Shown here: positions 20,261-31,097 of the stretch, one piece after another
Layout: every line of letters starts with the position of its first letter
Position numbering within the stretch: the stretch's first letter is position 1
Origin: a virus
Taxonomy: Duplodnaviria; Caudoviricetes
DNA length: 59,388 bases
Virus record (IMG/VR): IMGVR_UViG_3300037245_003140
Coordinates: 1-59,388 of that record
Direction: 5' to 3' (one strand)
Program-made: the position numbers and the translations under genes
Notes under the pieces: model-generated
The model's database searches: none
What the model was told of the DNA's origin: nothing
What the model saw: the letters and a program-made list of their open reading frames with translations, nothing else

Positions 20261-21273
20261 GAATTATCATTAATTTAAAGGAGAGAAAATCAAAATGGAA
20301 AACTCGCTACTATGTCCACCCGATTGTAAATATATTTGTTCCGATAATATAAACTGCACAAAATACAATGTAAATTAGAAACCGAAATATGGAAGGAAGA
20401 GAAACGATTTATAAAGGCCACTAAGTGGGGTAAACCTTGTATAGCATTCGGATTGCCACTTTAGATTATTAAAACAAGGGGTAGCCTATTGAAACCTGAA
20501 ACCAAATGAAAGCCAAATATAAGGGGTAACGAAATGCCAGAAGATAAAGCAAAAGAAGCATTAACAAGAGCAATGAAAGAAGCTGTAAAACAAGGTATTT
20601 TCCCAAAGCATGGGAGCATGCCAGAATGTTATAAAAATTGGCAACAACTGGAAAAAGTTCTTACAGTTGCCTTTAAGCCTGAATAGTAGATATTGAATTA
20701 TCATTAATTTAAAGGAGTAAAAGATGCCAGAAAATAAACCCAAGTTTGAACTTTCGGTATTAGGTATCAGGAAACTTGGTGTATCTGAGCTTATCTCAAT
20801 TATTAACGGTGTAACATACGGAGAGTGTACGGTTGCAAGAGCAAGGACAGCCCTTACAAACATTGACCCAAACTACAAAATAACAGGTCATTTAATAAAG
20901 GAGAAAAACACAAATCCACCTGACTGTTTTTCAAGGGCAGAACATGAGGGTAGGGTTTTTGATAATTGTAGATATATCCATGTGTGTAAAGATGTAAAGC
21001 TCATATGTGGAAATCATCCTATATAGATAGAACAAACCAACAATGGAGGGAAAGATGGAAATTGAAATTGATCTTTTAAAAGAAATAATATCGGGGATGG
21101 TCGAAGATGTTAAAGGAAGGTGGAAACTTCTGGGTCAAAAATAGGAGTTATTAAGGGGTATCATAAAGGGCCTATTGTAATAAACCTAATTGCAACATGT
21201 GATCCTGAACAAATTGAGAATGACGAAATGCCGGGTCAAATTTGCATACACGATATTTAAGGGGGTTAATAAA

Positions 21274-21900
21274 ATGGATGAAGAGAAAACAGGGCTACAA
21301 CAACTCTTAGAGCTTAACGTTAATGAGTTTACTGAGCAAAAAAAGAATCTAACTTATTTAAGTTGGGCGCATGCATGGAAAGAATTTATAAAGATACACC
21401 CGGAAGCTACATATGAAATATTAAAAGATAAAAATGGGCTTCCATATTTCGGAACTGGTGAAATGGGATATATGTGCTACACAACGGTTACAGTTGGGGA
21501 GTTGACACACCCAATGTGGTTGCCTGCTATGAATGGGGCAAATAAAACCATGCTCGATAAGGCTTATAAATATAAAACAAAATATGGTGATAAATCAGTT
21601 GAACCAATCAGTATGTTTGATATTAACAAAACTATAATGAGGTGTTTAACAAAAAATCTCGCCATGTTCGGTTTGGGTCTTTATATTTATGCAGGTGAAG
21701 ATCTGCCCGAGCAAGAACCAGAGCCCCCAGTAAAAACAATTGTGTCACCTGAATATGAAAAGATATGGAAAAGTGCAAAGGTGGCGTTTATAAGGGATGG
21801 CAATTTTAATGAAATAGAGAAAATAGGAACTATTTCAAACGAACATAAAGAGTTAATGCAACAAGAAGTTAACGAAGGGGCGAATGAAAACAATGGCTAA
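21274..21900 (+). CDS. sak: Sak-like ssDNA annealing protein (DUF1071)
   Basis: LTYLSWAHAW...INKTIMRCLTKNLAMFGLGLYIYAGEDLP signature. Confidence 0.9.
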   Translation: MDEEKTGLQQLLELNVNEFTEQKKNLTYLSWAHAWKEFIKIHPEATYEILKDKNGLPYFGTGEMGYMCYTTVTVGELTHPMWLPAMNGANKTMLDKAYKYKTKYGDKSVEPISMFDINKTIMRCLTKNLAMFGLGLYIYAGEDLPEQEPEPPVKTIVSPEYEKIWKSAKVAFIRDGNFNEIEKIGTISNEHKELMQQEVNEGANENNG

Positions 21901-22537
21901 ATTTCATGACGTAGAGCAAAATACAGAAGAGTGGTTTCAGTTAAGATGTGGCAAAATTACCGGGTCGGCGGTTTCTGATATTATGGTGAATTGTAAAAAA
22001 CTCGAAGATTGCAATAAACCTAAATGGGGCGAGGGGGCTAAAAAGTACGCCTTAAAGCTTGCCCTTGAGCGTATTACTGGAAAATATATACCAAGCAGCT
22101 ATTCAAATGCGAGCATGGAAAAAGGCCACGAGATGGAGCCTATAGCAAGAGATCTATATGAAAAAGAAACTTTTAATGTCGTAACTAATGGCGGTTTTTA
22201 TGACAACGAAGATAATAACTGTGCTTGCTCTCCTGACGGCGTATTCGGGTCGGGGCGTTTAGAAATTAAAAACGAAGCGTATCACTTGTTTTTTATGACA
22301 AAAAAAATGGACAGGGCCGCAACTAATAAAAGGTGGCAAATTCCTTTTAATCTTAAATATTCAGATGGTGAGTGGATTGATTACGCAGGTTATTGTGAAT
22401 CTTACCCAGAAGATAAACAATTATTTATAAAACCCTTCACTTTGGATGATTGTGTTGATGATTTTAAAATGCTTGATGCCAGAATTGAATATTTTGAAAT
22501 GCTGATTGAATATAATATTAAAATAATAAACGGTTAA
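21884..22537 (+). CDS. YqaJ/lambda-exonuclease family nuclease
   Basis: EQNTEEWFQLRCGKITGS, G.E.EP.AR..YE and SPDG..LEIK motifs. Confidence 0.9.
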   Translation: MKTMAKFHDVEQNTEEWFQLRCGKITGSAVSDIMVNCKKLEDCNKPKWGEGAKKYALKLALERITGKYIPSSYSNASMEKGHEMEPIARDLYEKETFNVVTNGGFYDNEDNNCACSPDGVFGSGRLEIKNEAYHLFFMTKKMDRAATNKRWQIPFNLKYSDGEWIDYAGYCESYPEDKQLFIKPFTLDDCVDDFKMLDARIEYFEMLIEYNIKIING

Positions 22538-22579
22538 AAACAGGAACCGAACTTATAAAACAACTTACAGGAGAATAAA

Positions 22580-23812
22580 ATGCCAGATAAAAAAGAAAAG
22601 AAAACAGCCGTGGCAATATTAAGTGATACACAGATAGCATTAAAGGGTCTTTTTTTTCAGGCTGTGACTGATGTTGAAATAAAAGAGTTTATAGAAAAAT
22701 ATGAAGGTCTTGAGATATCTGGAAAGGGCAAAGAGAGAACTGAATCATATGATAAAATTAAAGATGCTCATATTCACATTAAAAAAATATACGCTGATAT
22801 AGAAAAAGAACGAAAAGGTTACGCCTCAACAATTACCAAGTTCGGGAAACAGGTAAAGGGAACTTCCGATAGATTAAAAGAGGCCCTGGAACCACTCGGG
22901 GCTGAATTAAAAAAGAAGAGAGATGCAGAGGATAAAATAAAAGCTGAGAAAAAAGAAGAGAAAGACAGGATAGAAAAGGAAAGAGTAGAAGCTATAAAGA
23001 AAGAGATTGCTGTATTTGAGGGATTTTGTACTGAGGTTCTTGGAAATATCAATGTAGACTCTGAAACGATCAGAAAGGCCCTGGTTCACGTTGAGAATTA
23101 CTCAACAGAAGAGGAAACGTTTCAAGAGTACGCTCCTGAAATAACTATGAAAAAAGAATCTTCCTTGAAATTAATACAGGGAATGATTGATAAAAAAGTT
23201 GAGCAGGAAAAAGAAGCAGCTGACTTAAAAGCAGAAAAAGCAAGACAGGCCGCTGTAGAGGAAAAGCAAAAAGCTGAGAATAAAAGGCTTGAAGAAAAGG
23301 CCAAAAAGGATGCCGCAAAATTAAAAAAAGAACAGGACAAAATCAAAGCTGATCAGAAGACAGAATCTGATAAGTTAGCTAAAGATAAAAAAGAATTTGA
23401 AGATAAAAAAGCAGAACAGGCCGAAAAAGTAAGATTGGAAGATGAAAGAATCCAAAAAGAGAAAGACGATATTGAAGCTGAAAAGAAAAGGGTTAAAAAA
23501 GAAGCTGATGACAAAAAACAGGCTGATATAAAAGAGGAAGAGGATAAAAAGAAAGCTGAAAAAGAAAGGCTTGCAAAAATCGAATCCGACAAAAAAGCAG
23601 CCAAAGAGAAAGAAGATCTTGAAATAAAAAGAAAAGAAAAAGAAGAATTATTAAGGCCAGATAAAGAAAAGCTTTTGAATCTTGTTAAGTCTTTTAAATT
23701 TGAATATATTGAACTTAAGAATAAAGAGGCTGTTGATTTGTTAAACAACTTCAACAATGCTCTTGAAATATTCTTACAGGATTATGAAACCAAAATAAAC
23801 GAAGAGTTATAA
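22580..23812 (+). CDS. Long coiled-coil, K/E-rich protein (possibly DUF1351-like)
   Basis: 410 aa, highly charged; sits within the recombination module. Confidence 0.55.
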   Translation: MPDKKEKKTAVAILSDTQIALKGLFFQAVTDVEIKEFIEKYEGLEISGKGKERTESYDKIKDAHIHIKKIYADIEKERKGYASTITKFGKQVKGTSDRLKEALEPLGAELKKKRDAEDKIKAEKKEEKDRIEKERVEAIKKEIAVFEGFCTEVLGNINVDSETIRKALVHVENYSTEEETFQEYAPEITMKKESSLKLIQGMIDKKVEQEKEAADLKAEKARQAAVEEKQKAENKRLEEKAKKDAAKLKKEQDKIKADQKTESDKLAKDKKEFEDKKAEQAEKVRLEDERIQKEKDDIEAEKKRVKKEADDKKQADIKEEEDKKKAEKERLAKIESDKKAAKEKEDLEIKRKEKEELLRPDKEKLLNLVKSFKFEYIELKNKEAVDLLNNFNNALEIFLQDYETKINEEL

Positions 23813-23813
23813 A

Positions 23814-24251
23814 ATGGAAAAATTAATAGTTCAATGGAATGGTCAATGATATGTCCCTCACTCTCTACAGGATGTAGATAAAAGTAAATCATTCCAGAAA
23901 AACAAATTATTAAAAGCTGATATCCGGGGCGCTCAAAAACAAGCGTCCTTGGTTCAGTTAAAAACATACTGGGGAGCCTGTCAGATCGTTTCAGAAAATA
24001 CAGATGATCCGAACTGGAAAACCAGAGAAGATGTTGACTTTCAATTAAAAGTAGCATGTAGGCATTATAAAAGAATGTCAGTTGTTGGGAATCAAGTTTT
24101 CTTAGAGCCAGCTTCTATATCATTTGATAATCTGAAACATATTGAAAGAAATAAATACTTTGATAAAGCTTTCCAGGAAATGTCAGAGAAAATTGGAGTT
24201 CCTGTTGATGAGATTATTGAAGAGGTTAAAAAAGCGGCTGGTCATATATAA
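23814..24251 (+). CDS. NinB/DUF1367-like protein with in-frame TGA at codon 12 (candidate Sec recoding, or nonsense allele)
   Basis: ATG 23814 lies 1 nt after the upstream stop; MEKLIVQWNGQ*YVPHS... runs in frame into ORF 23949-24251; ASISFDNL...YFDKAF C-terminus. Confidence 0.6.
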
Positions 24252-24298
24252 AACACAAAACATATTTTAAAACAAAGCCTATCAGGTTTAAAGGTAAG

Positions 24299-24538
24299 TT
24301 GCTCAAAGATATATATAAATATGTTTTTGAGCGTGATGATAACACTTGTCAGTGTCCATTTTGCTCTGGATTAACATCACTGGAAAGGTCACCACACCAC
24401 ATAAAACTTAAAAGTCAAGGTGGAGAAGATCTACCAGAAAACCTAATTGTTTTATGTATGGATTGCCATTGGCGAGTACATCAGAATTTAATTAAAATCG
24501 ATCTTGAAACTAAAGAGTTTAGCATAAAGGAAAAATAA
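24299..24538 (+). CDS. HNH endonuclease
   Basis: RDDNTCQCPFC...HHI..KSQGG....NLIVLC..CH..VH. Confidence 0.9.
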   Translation: MLKDIYKYVFERDDNTCQCPFCSGLTSLERSPHHIKLKSQGGEDLPENLIVLCMDCHWRVHQNLIKIDLETKEFSIKEK

Positions 24539-24763
24539 AATGCCTAATATGATAAAATACCAAGTAACATCTGCAAATGTTTCCAGGGAAATAACAACAA
24601 GAGATATGCACTTTAGGTCAGACATACCAGTTCTTGAATTAGTTTCGAAAATTGAAAGAGTGGGCGCTCCGATGGATATGGTAGTTTTAAAAATAGAATC
24701 CAAAGGGGTGGAATTGTTTAATTCTAAACATTAACCCCGCAATCTGAGGGGTGAAAGGTTAAA

Positions 24764-25000
24764 ATGACACCAAAACTAATAAAAAAACTAAGACACGATA
24801 TAGGATTCACTCAAGAATTAATGTCTAAAACTTTAGGAATGAAAGAGAAAGCCCTTCAAAAAATGGAAACCGGAAAAAGCCCAGTTCCCAGGTATATTTA
24901 TAATTCAGCAATGACCTTAAATATCTTAAATGAAAATAAGTTACTTAAGCAACACCTTAAAAATATAGGGGTGGATCTGAAGGAGAAAAAAGATGCCTAA
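24764..25000 (+). CDS. XRE-family HTH regulator
   Basis: IKKLR..IGFTQE.MS..LG.....LQKMETGK. Confidence 0.85.
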   Translation: MTPKLIKKLRHDIGFTQELMSKTLGMKEKALQKMETGKSPVPRYIYNSAMTLNILNENKLLKQHLKNIGVDLKEKKDA

Positions 25001-25535
25001 AACGAAATACGACAATATCATGTTCGATTCCGAGGAAGAGGTTGAAGTTTATATGTGGATCATTGAGGCAAAGGGGCATGGAATAGTTGATAGCTTTTTA
25101 TATCATCCTGACTCGTATCTACTAACCCCTAAACAAACACGTAATAAATATAAACAACTAAAAAACAAGGAAAAACTAATAGTTAGAAGCGTGTTCCAAA
25201 AACATGAATATACATCAGACTTTCGAATATGGTTTAATAAGCGTGTTTGCCCATTCAAATACACGCCTTCTAAGCATGCGGAATATAATGACTGTGTAGA
25301 AATAGACGTTAAAGGGATGCACCAAAAGCATGGAGGAGATAAAATATTTTCTATCAACCAAAAGCTCGTTTATAATGAGTACGGTGTTTATATAAATAAA
25401 ATAATCCCCATAAAACTTTTTTCAGAAACCTGGAGGCCAGCGCAGGCAGGATTAACAAAAGTACATAAAGATGTACAGAAGTCATATAAGGATTTTTTAA
25501 CGATTGATAGATATTTACAATTACGGGATGCATAA
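24993..25535 (+). CDS. PD-(D/E)XK nuclease-like protein (DUF1064-like)
   Basis: FDSEEE...YTSDF...IDVKG motifs. Confidence 0.7.
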   Translation: MPKTKYDNIMFDSEEEVEVYMWIIEAKGHGIVDSFLYHPDSYLLTPKQTRNKYKQLKNKEKLIVRSVFQKHEYTSDFRIWFNKRVCPFKYTPSKHAEYNDCVEIDVKGMHQKHGGDKIFSINQKLVYNEYGVYINKIIPIKLFSETWRPAQAGLTKVHKDVQKSYKDFLTIDRYLQLRDA

Positions 25536-25925
25536 TGGAATCACTAAGAATAATATCAGAAAATATAAACATAATAGCGACAGAACTATACTTGTTTATC
25601 GTTATTTTAGATAGGGTTACAGTTTATATTGAAAGAGAGATGGGACTATGAAAAATATCGATTTAAACAAATATCCAAAAATTAAAGAGCATTTCAAAAA
25701 AGTTATTACAATGTGGAAAGATATTTCAACCGGAAAACTGAAAGTTAAAAAATTCAGCGTTGCACACTTAAGCCTACTTCTTAAAAAGCAAAGAATAAAT
25801 ATAACTTGCCCTTGGTGTGGTGAAATACTTTCAACCGACAAAAACGAATTAACAAACATGGGTAAAAACTGTAAATATGGTGCTCTTCTGACCGACCAAG
25901 GCAACGCATATAAGAAAGGGAAATA

Positions 25926-26083
25926 GTGAAAGTCATAGACAACGAACCTAGGTTCGAGTGCCAAAATGTGACCATAAGATCGGAGAAAGTTCACATAAAC
26001 ACGGTATAGGGCGTGGTGAATATTTAATTCCTTATTGCGTGTGTGGGGCATGTTGGACAGAATTTGAAAAGGAGGAAGTATGA
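25926..26083 (+). pseudogene. Frameshifted small zinc-ribbon gene
   Basis: GTG overlaps the upstream stop. Adding one base at ~25961 gives FE-CPKC...CGAC...EEV, ending in ATGA overlap with 26080. Confidence 0.55.
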
Positions 26084-26629
26084 ACGGATGTAAAATAATA
26101 ACGATATGTGAAGTTAAGGATGATAAGTGTGATTTTTTCGAGCAATATATGGGTATAAAAAAAATTAAATGTAAGTATGCTGTTTTAAATATGGATTCAA
26201 TTTCTAATCTTAAAAAAGAATTTGTATGTTCTTGTAAAAAAGCAATATTTGATAAAATATCAGAAATATTTTAATTTGAAATAAATGCAATTTAACAACT
26301 GGAGGAAGTATGAACGATAAAAAAGAATTTATCCCATTTAATGGAGAGTGGGAAAAAGAAATGATGCAGCATTCTAAAAAACAATTAATTGCATTGTTAA
26401 AATGCGAGTGGATTAACGGGGATAAGAAAGAGAAATGCCGTTGGAAAATTATGGAGAAAGATTATAATCAAACTGGCTGCGGTGATGCTTTTGGACTTTC
26501 AAAAGAGTCTTTGAAATTTTATAAGTATTGCCCTAAATGTGGAAAAGAGATTGAACTTATATTTATATAGTGCAATAATAAAACTGTAAGCCTTGAGAAA
26601 GTTTACATACAATCATTCCACACATTATG

Positions 26630-26729
26630 AAGCTAATTTTAGCGGGATTTATAATTACTTGTGTGTGGAAGGGTAATTATAGATATTCTAGGGGAACTCA
26701 ACCTCTACCCGCTAATTTTAGCTTTTTTT
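26630..26729 (+). ncRNA. Candidate three-way-junction RNA
   Basis: Closing stem AAGCTAA..TAGCGGG / CCCGCTA..TTAGCTT encloses two hairpins and is followed by a T-tract. Confidence 0.5.
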
Positions 26730-26930
26730 ATTGGGAGAAAACTATGAACGAAAATCAGAAAACAGCGATAACAGCCTTGGTGGTTTCATCTTTTATGCAT
26801 ATGCAAAAAGGTATTGACTCTACTCCACCTACACCAGAAGAAACCAAAAAAGAATATTATAAAAACAAAGATCTTAAATTGTCGGTTGATTCTGTTGTTA
26901 TGGGAATTGGAATAATTATAGATATGATAT

Positions 26931-26961
26931 AAAAAAGGGGGCTACTTAAAGTCCCTCTTTT
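26931..26961 (+). terminator. Intrinsic terminator
   Basis: AAAAAGGGGG...CCCTCTTTTT after ORF 26744-26932. Confidence 0.6.
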
Positions 26962-28191
26962 TAAGTTTTGGATTTTTTATTTTTAAAAGGAGATAATTAT
27001 GTTTGAAGATAAATTTATTATAATTAATAAAAAACACCTTAAAAAACTAACGGTCACCCCAGAGCGCAATCTACAGAATATTCTAAAAGAACTTAATAAT
27101 AAAAATAAATATTATGTTGTTAATCAGGACGAACCTTATTCAAGTCTTATTATTGATTTAATACTAATATTTGAAGATCTTAAAAAAACGAATTATTTTA
27201 TAGGTTTGTATAATAAAATAAGATCTGTTTTTAATGTTATAACAGATCTTCATCAAAATTATAGAAGTGAATCTGACTTTACTAACTCTCATACACTTTC
27301 ACAATTAGATAAAAATAGAATATCAGAAGGCGTAAAAGCTTCTGTTGTATGTGGACTTATGTCTGAAGATGATTTGAAAAACATTAAAAAAATAATGCAT
27401 TAATTATCACATGTGGGAATAACCGGAGGGAAAATGCACGACAAAATAAAAACAGCCGTTGGTATTGAAAAAGCAAATTGCGAGACATGTCTTCATTTAA
27501 GTAATGATTGTGACGGGGGCGAGCCTGAATATTCTATTAGTTGGGATATATGTGATGAATTCCCAAATTATCATAATTTAAAATCTTTCCCTTTTAAAAC
27601 AGAAATGAAGTGTTGGAGGCCTGATTTTTGGGCCTCTTCTTTTCCTGGGTTTATAAAAACAGGTAGTCATAAAGAGGTTATGGATGCTTTAAGGCTTTAT
27701 AATACAGCTATCTTTATCGCAACTTTAGATAGAGATTTTCGTCACATGTGGGAATAGGAGAACTGTATCAAATGGAATGGATAGAATATAGAATAAAAGA
27801 GAGATTAACTATGTTTTATTGCTATAGTTTTGAAAATGGTTGGGTTGATTCTCAAGGACATATATTAAACCCTGAAAAAACAAAAACTATAATCGAAAGT
27901 TGGCAATATTTTCAAAAAGATTTATAGAATATTATACATTTAATGGATAGATAGGAGGTTTTAGTGGATATTTTAGGCAAGATAAACAAAGAACACCTTA
28001 CTTACATTATGGATCATAAAAAGAACGCCAAATTTTGTTATTTAGGGCAAGCTGAAGCTGGAGAATTCTGTAAAAGAATGCAAGCTTTTTTAGATCTTGA
28101 AGAAGAACCGAAAGTTTCACAAGGTTTGGAATTTATAGGATTGAAGATCATTGAAGTTGCCAACGGTGAACATTTTAATATTGGGTGAATT

Positions 28192-28929
28192 ATGTCTGGA
28201 TGGATCTCACTACATAGGGAGCTTTTAAAAAAATCAATTTGGAAGTTCTCAACCCCTGCACAAAAAACTATATTAATAACCCTTTTACTTATGGCAGATC
28301 ATCAAGAAAATGAATGGGAATGGAAAGGGAAACAATTTAAAACAGTTCCCGGTCAATTTGTAACAAGTTTAGGTTCTATTGTTAAAAAAGCAGGAAAGGG
28401 AATTTCAATAAAGATGGTTCGCACTTCGCTCACTAAATTTGAAAAGTACGGTTTTCTGGCAAACAAGTCGGCAGACACAGGAAGGCTGTTAACTATAATA
28501 AATTGGGAGTCTTACCAAGATCGAGAAATAAAGAGGGCAAAGAAGAGGGCAAAGGCAGGGCATAGTAAGGGCAAAGGTAGGGCGCCTAACAATAATGTTA
28601 ATAATGTAAATAACATAATAAAAAGATATGCGTTTCCTTTGGAATATTCAGAAAAGTTAATAAAGACATTTGCAGATTTTATAATCAATAGGGGAACTTT
28701 AAAAAAGCCAGTAACAGAAAAAGCCTTTACAGGACTTGTTAACAAACTTAAAAAAATATCTAATAGTGAAGAAGAATCTATTTTAATTTTAGAAGAATCA
28801 ACGATTAATGGATGGAGTGGAGTTTTTCCGCTTAAAAATTCAACCCAAAAAGAAGGGATTAAGCACAATGGATTCGATAAAGAATATTATGAAAAAGGGA
28901 AATCAGACGGTCCAGAGCCGAACTTCTAA
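28192..28929 (+). CDS. Phage replication initiator (replisome organizer)
   Basis: MSGWISLHR...GQFVTS...TIINWESYQ N-terminal domain; internal iterons; upstream of a DnaC-like gene. Confidence 0.85.
   Translation: MSGWISLHRELLKKSIWKFSTPAQKTILITLLLMADHQENEWEWKGKQFKTVPGQFVTSLGSIVKKAGKGISIKMVRTSLTKFEKYGFLANKSADTGRLLTIINWESYQDREIKRAKKRAKAGHSKGKGRAPNNNVNNVNNIIKRYAFPLEYSEKLIKTFADFIINRGTLKKPVTEKAFTGLVNKLKKISNSEEESILILEESTINGWSGVFPLKNSTQKEGIKHNGFDKEYYEKGKSDGPEPNF
28531..28620. repeat. Iterons plus AT-rich tract: probable replication origin
   Basis: AGGGC(A/G) at 28534, 28546, 28557, 28568 and 28579, followed by AATAATGT repeats. Confidence 0.7.
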
Positions 28930-29653
28930 CTGCCCAAAGCACGGGGATTATAAATCATCTAAAATCGGTAATGAAAAGTTTTCAATATGGTCAATGTGTC
29001 CTGAATGCGAAAAGGAAAGAGTTGATTTTGAAAAAGACCGAGAAAACAGAGAAAAAAGACAAAAAATAGAAGTTCTCAAAAGAAAAAGCAATATCGGGAA
29101 AAGATATATAAATTCATCTCTAAAAAATTTTAATTGTGAAAATGATCACCAAAAAAACATTGTAAACACAATGAATAATTATATTGAAAGGCACAAAGAG
29201 CTTGTAGAAAAAGGAGTTTCGTTTATCTTTTCAGGAAAGCCAGGAACCGGAAAAACCCACCTTGCTTGTGCTATAGGGAACGCTCTAATTAATAAATTAA
29301 TAGAAGTTGGATATGTATCTATATTTTCATTGATTACCAGTTTAAAAGCTTCTTTTGATAAAAATAGCGGTGATTCTGAGGTTAATATAATTAAAAAATA
29401 TACCTCTGTTGACTTTCTTATTATCGATGAAATTGGGGTTCAATTAGGTTCAAATTATGAGAAGTCAATAATGTTTCAAATTATAAACTTCCGGTATGAA
29501 ATGATAAGGCCAACTATTTTAATCACCAATCTGAATGAAGAACAATCCAAGGAAATTATAGGGGAAAGAATTGTGGATAGATTTTATGAAAATGGTGGTG
29601 GTTTTTATAGTTTCAATTGGGAATCTCACAGAAGAAAGCGAGTTGAAAAATGA
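28868..29653 (+). CDS. DnaC/IstB-like helicase loader ATPase
   Basis: CPKHG..CPEC Zn motif; Walker A GKPGTGKT; Walker B LIIDE; TNL...GERIVDR. Confidence 0.92.
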   Translation: MDSIKNIMKKGNQTVQSRTSNCPKHGDYKSSKIGNEKFSIWSMCPECEKERVDFEKDRENREKRQKIEVLKRKSNIGKRYINSSLKNFNCENDHQKNIVNTMNNYIERHKELVEKGVSFIFSGKPGTGKTHLACAIGNALINKLIEVGYVSIFSLITSLKASFDKNSGDSEVNIIKKYTSVDFLIIDEIGVQLGSNYEKSIMFQIINFRYEMIRPTILITNLNEEQSKEIIGERIVDRFYENGGGFYSFNWESHRRKRVEK

Positions 29654-30177
29654 AGTGGAGAGATGTAGAGCCTTACATAAAAGGTGGAGAGCATGAATTT
29701 AACGTTGCTCTTTCTTTTTTATTAACATATATCGACCAGCTTAAAAAAGAGGGACTACAGTTAAATCCTGATTTTCAAAGAGGTCATATTTGGACAGAAG
29801 AACAACAAATCTTATTTTGTGAATATTTCTTTAAGTGTGGGAAATCAGGAAGGATAATATATTTTAATAATCCTGATTGGGATCAAAACTGCTCAACAAG
29901 TTATAGAGATTTTGTTTGTGTTGATGGGTTGCAAAGATTGACAGCTTTAATGAAATTTCTAAATAATAACTTGCCTGTTTTTGGTAAAAAACTAAACGAA
30001 TTTGAAGGGCGATTAAGAACGAGCAGAGCGCATGATTATTTAAAGATAAATATCAATACACTTCAAACTAAAAAAGAGGTTCTTGAGTGGTATGTCCAAA
30101 TGAATTCAGGTGGGACAGTTCACACCACTAAAGAGATTGATAAAGTTAAAAATATGATCAATTTGGAGGTAAAATGA
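29650..30177 (+). CDS. DUF262 (ParB/Srx-fold) protein
   Basis: PDFQRGHIW and VDGLQRLT motifs. Confidence 0.85.
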   Translation: MKWRDVEPYIKGGEHEFNVALSFLLTYIDQLKKEGLQLNPDFQRGHIWTEEQQILFCEYFFKCGKSGRIIYFNNPDWDQNCSTSYRDFVCVDGLQRLTALMKFLNNNLPVFGKKLNEFEGRLRTSRAHDYLKININTLQTKKEVLEWYVQMNSGGTVHTTKEIDKVKNMINLEVK

Positions 30178-31097
30178 AGTGTATAGAAAGAAACATAAAC
30201 CAACTATCCGGAAATTCCGGTGAGTTGGAAAAGGAAAATGTCATATCGATTAATTCAAAAAAAGAAGAAAAAGAAAAAGAAAAACGCAGAAAGAGAATTA
30301 AAAAAATATGTGAATATGCTGATACTTTAAAATGGTAAATTAGAGGGGTAATTATGTTTGTAGTAAAAATAGATGATTATTGGCTTGCAGATTGGGAAGG
30401 TGATCCTGGGAGAACGCTTGTTTTAAACAATGCTAAAATATTCAGTAATAGATTATCCGGGGGAAGGGCTTTGAGAAAAACAACAAAACAAAACCCACAT
30501 AGGAATATGACAAAATGTAGAGTTCTTGAGGTTTTTTTAACTGAGACACCCACCGAAACAGCAAAAAAACCTTATGAAATCGTAGATGATCTAACAGGAC
30601 AGTTATAAATTATGGGCTTTATATGTAGTTCTTCACAATTTAAATATTGGAGGGGATAATGGAAGAAAAAAAAATAACATCAAGTGAAGCTTACAGTGAA
30701 ATAAAGAAAATAATAACCACTATTGAGTCTATTAAAGGCGCAAAGGGATTAAATAGGGTTATGTTAACAAAAATGCGCAGGGCTTCGAGTCTATTAAAAA
30801 GATATTTAACCGATGGCGAGAACCTTCCAGGGTTATTGTTAAAAGAAACTCAGGAAGATTTTAAAAACATGAAACAGCCAGTTGAAAAGAAAAAGAAAGG
30901 TAAATAATGGATAAAACATATGAAGAAATAATGGTGGATGAGATGAATTACAAAGTTAAAGATAATAAAGTTGAAAACGACAAAGACGGGTGGTTTTGTA
31001 ATTGCCCGAATTGTAAAAAAGATCATCGCATTGGAATGTCTAAATTTATAAAAATGTTCATATGTAGTTTTTGTGGTAAGTCGATAGAGGTGATAGA

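Noticed and set aside
22580-23812. TolA-like protein or repeat array
   Set aside because: Low-complexity K/E/A coiled coil with no TM anchor and no exact DNA repeats seen.
25945-25965. tRNA T-loop-like GGTTCGAG (possible tRNA-Sec)
   Set aside because: No T-stem pairing or cloverleaf could be built around it.
28186-28194. TGA in frame with the initiator ATG
   Set aside because: The initiator begins with its typical MSGWISLHR N-terminus and no convincing hairpin follows.
30200-30228. Palindrome CCAACTATCCGGAAATTCCGGTGAGTTGG
   Set aside because: Single copy inside a small ORF; no evidence of function from this window alone.
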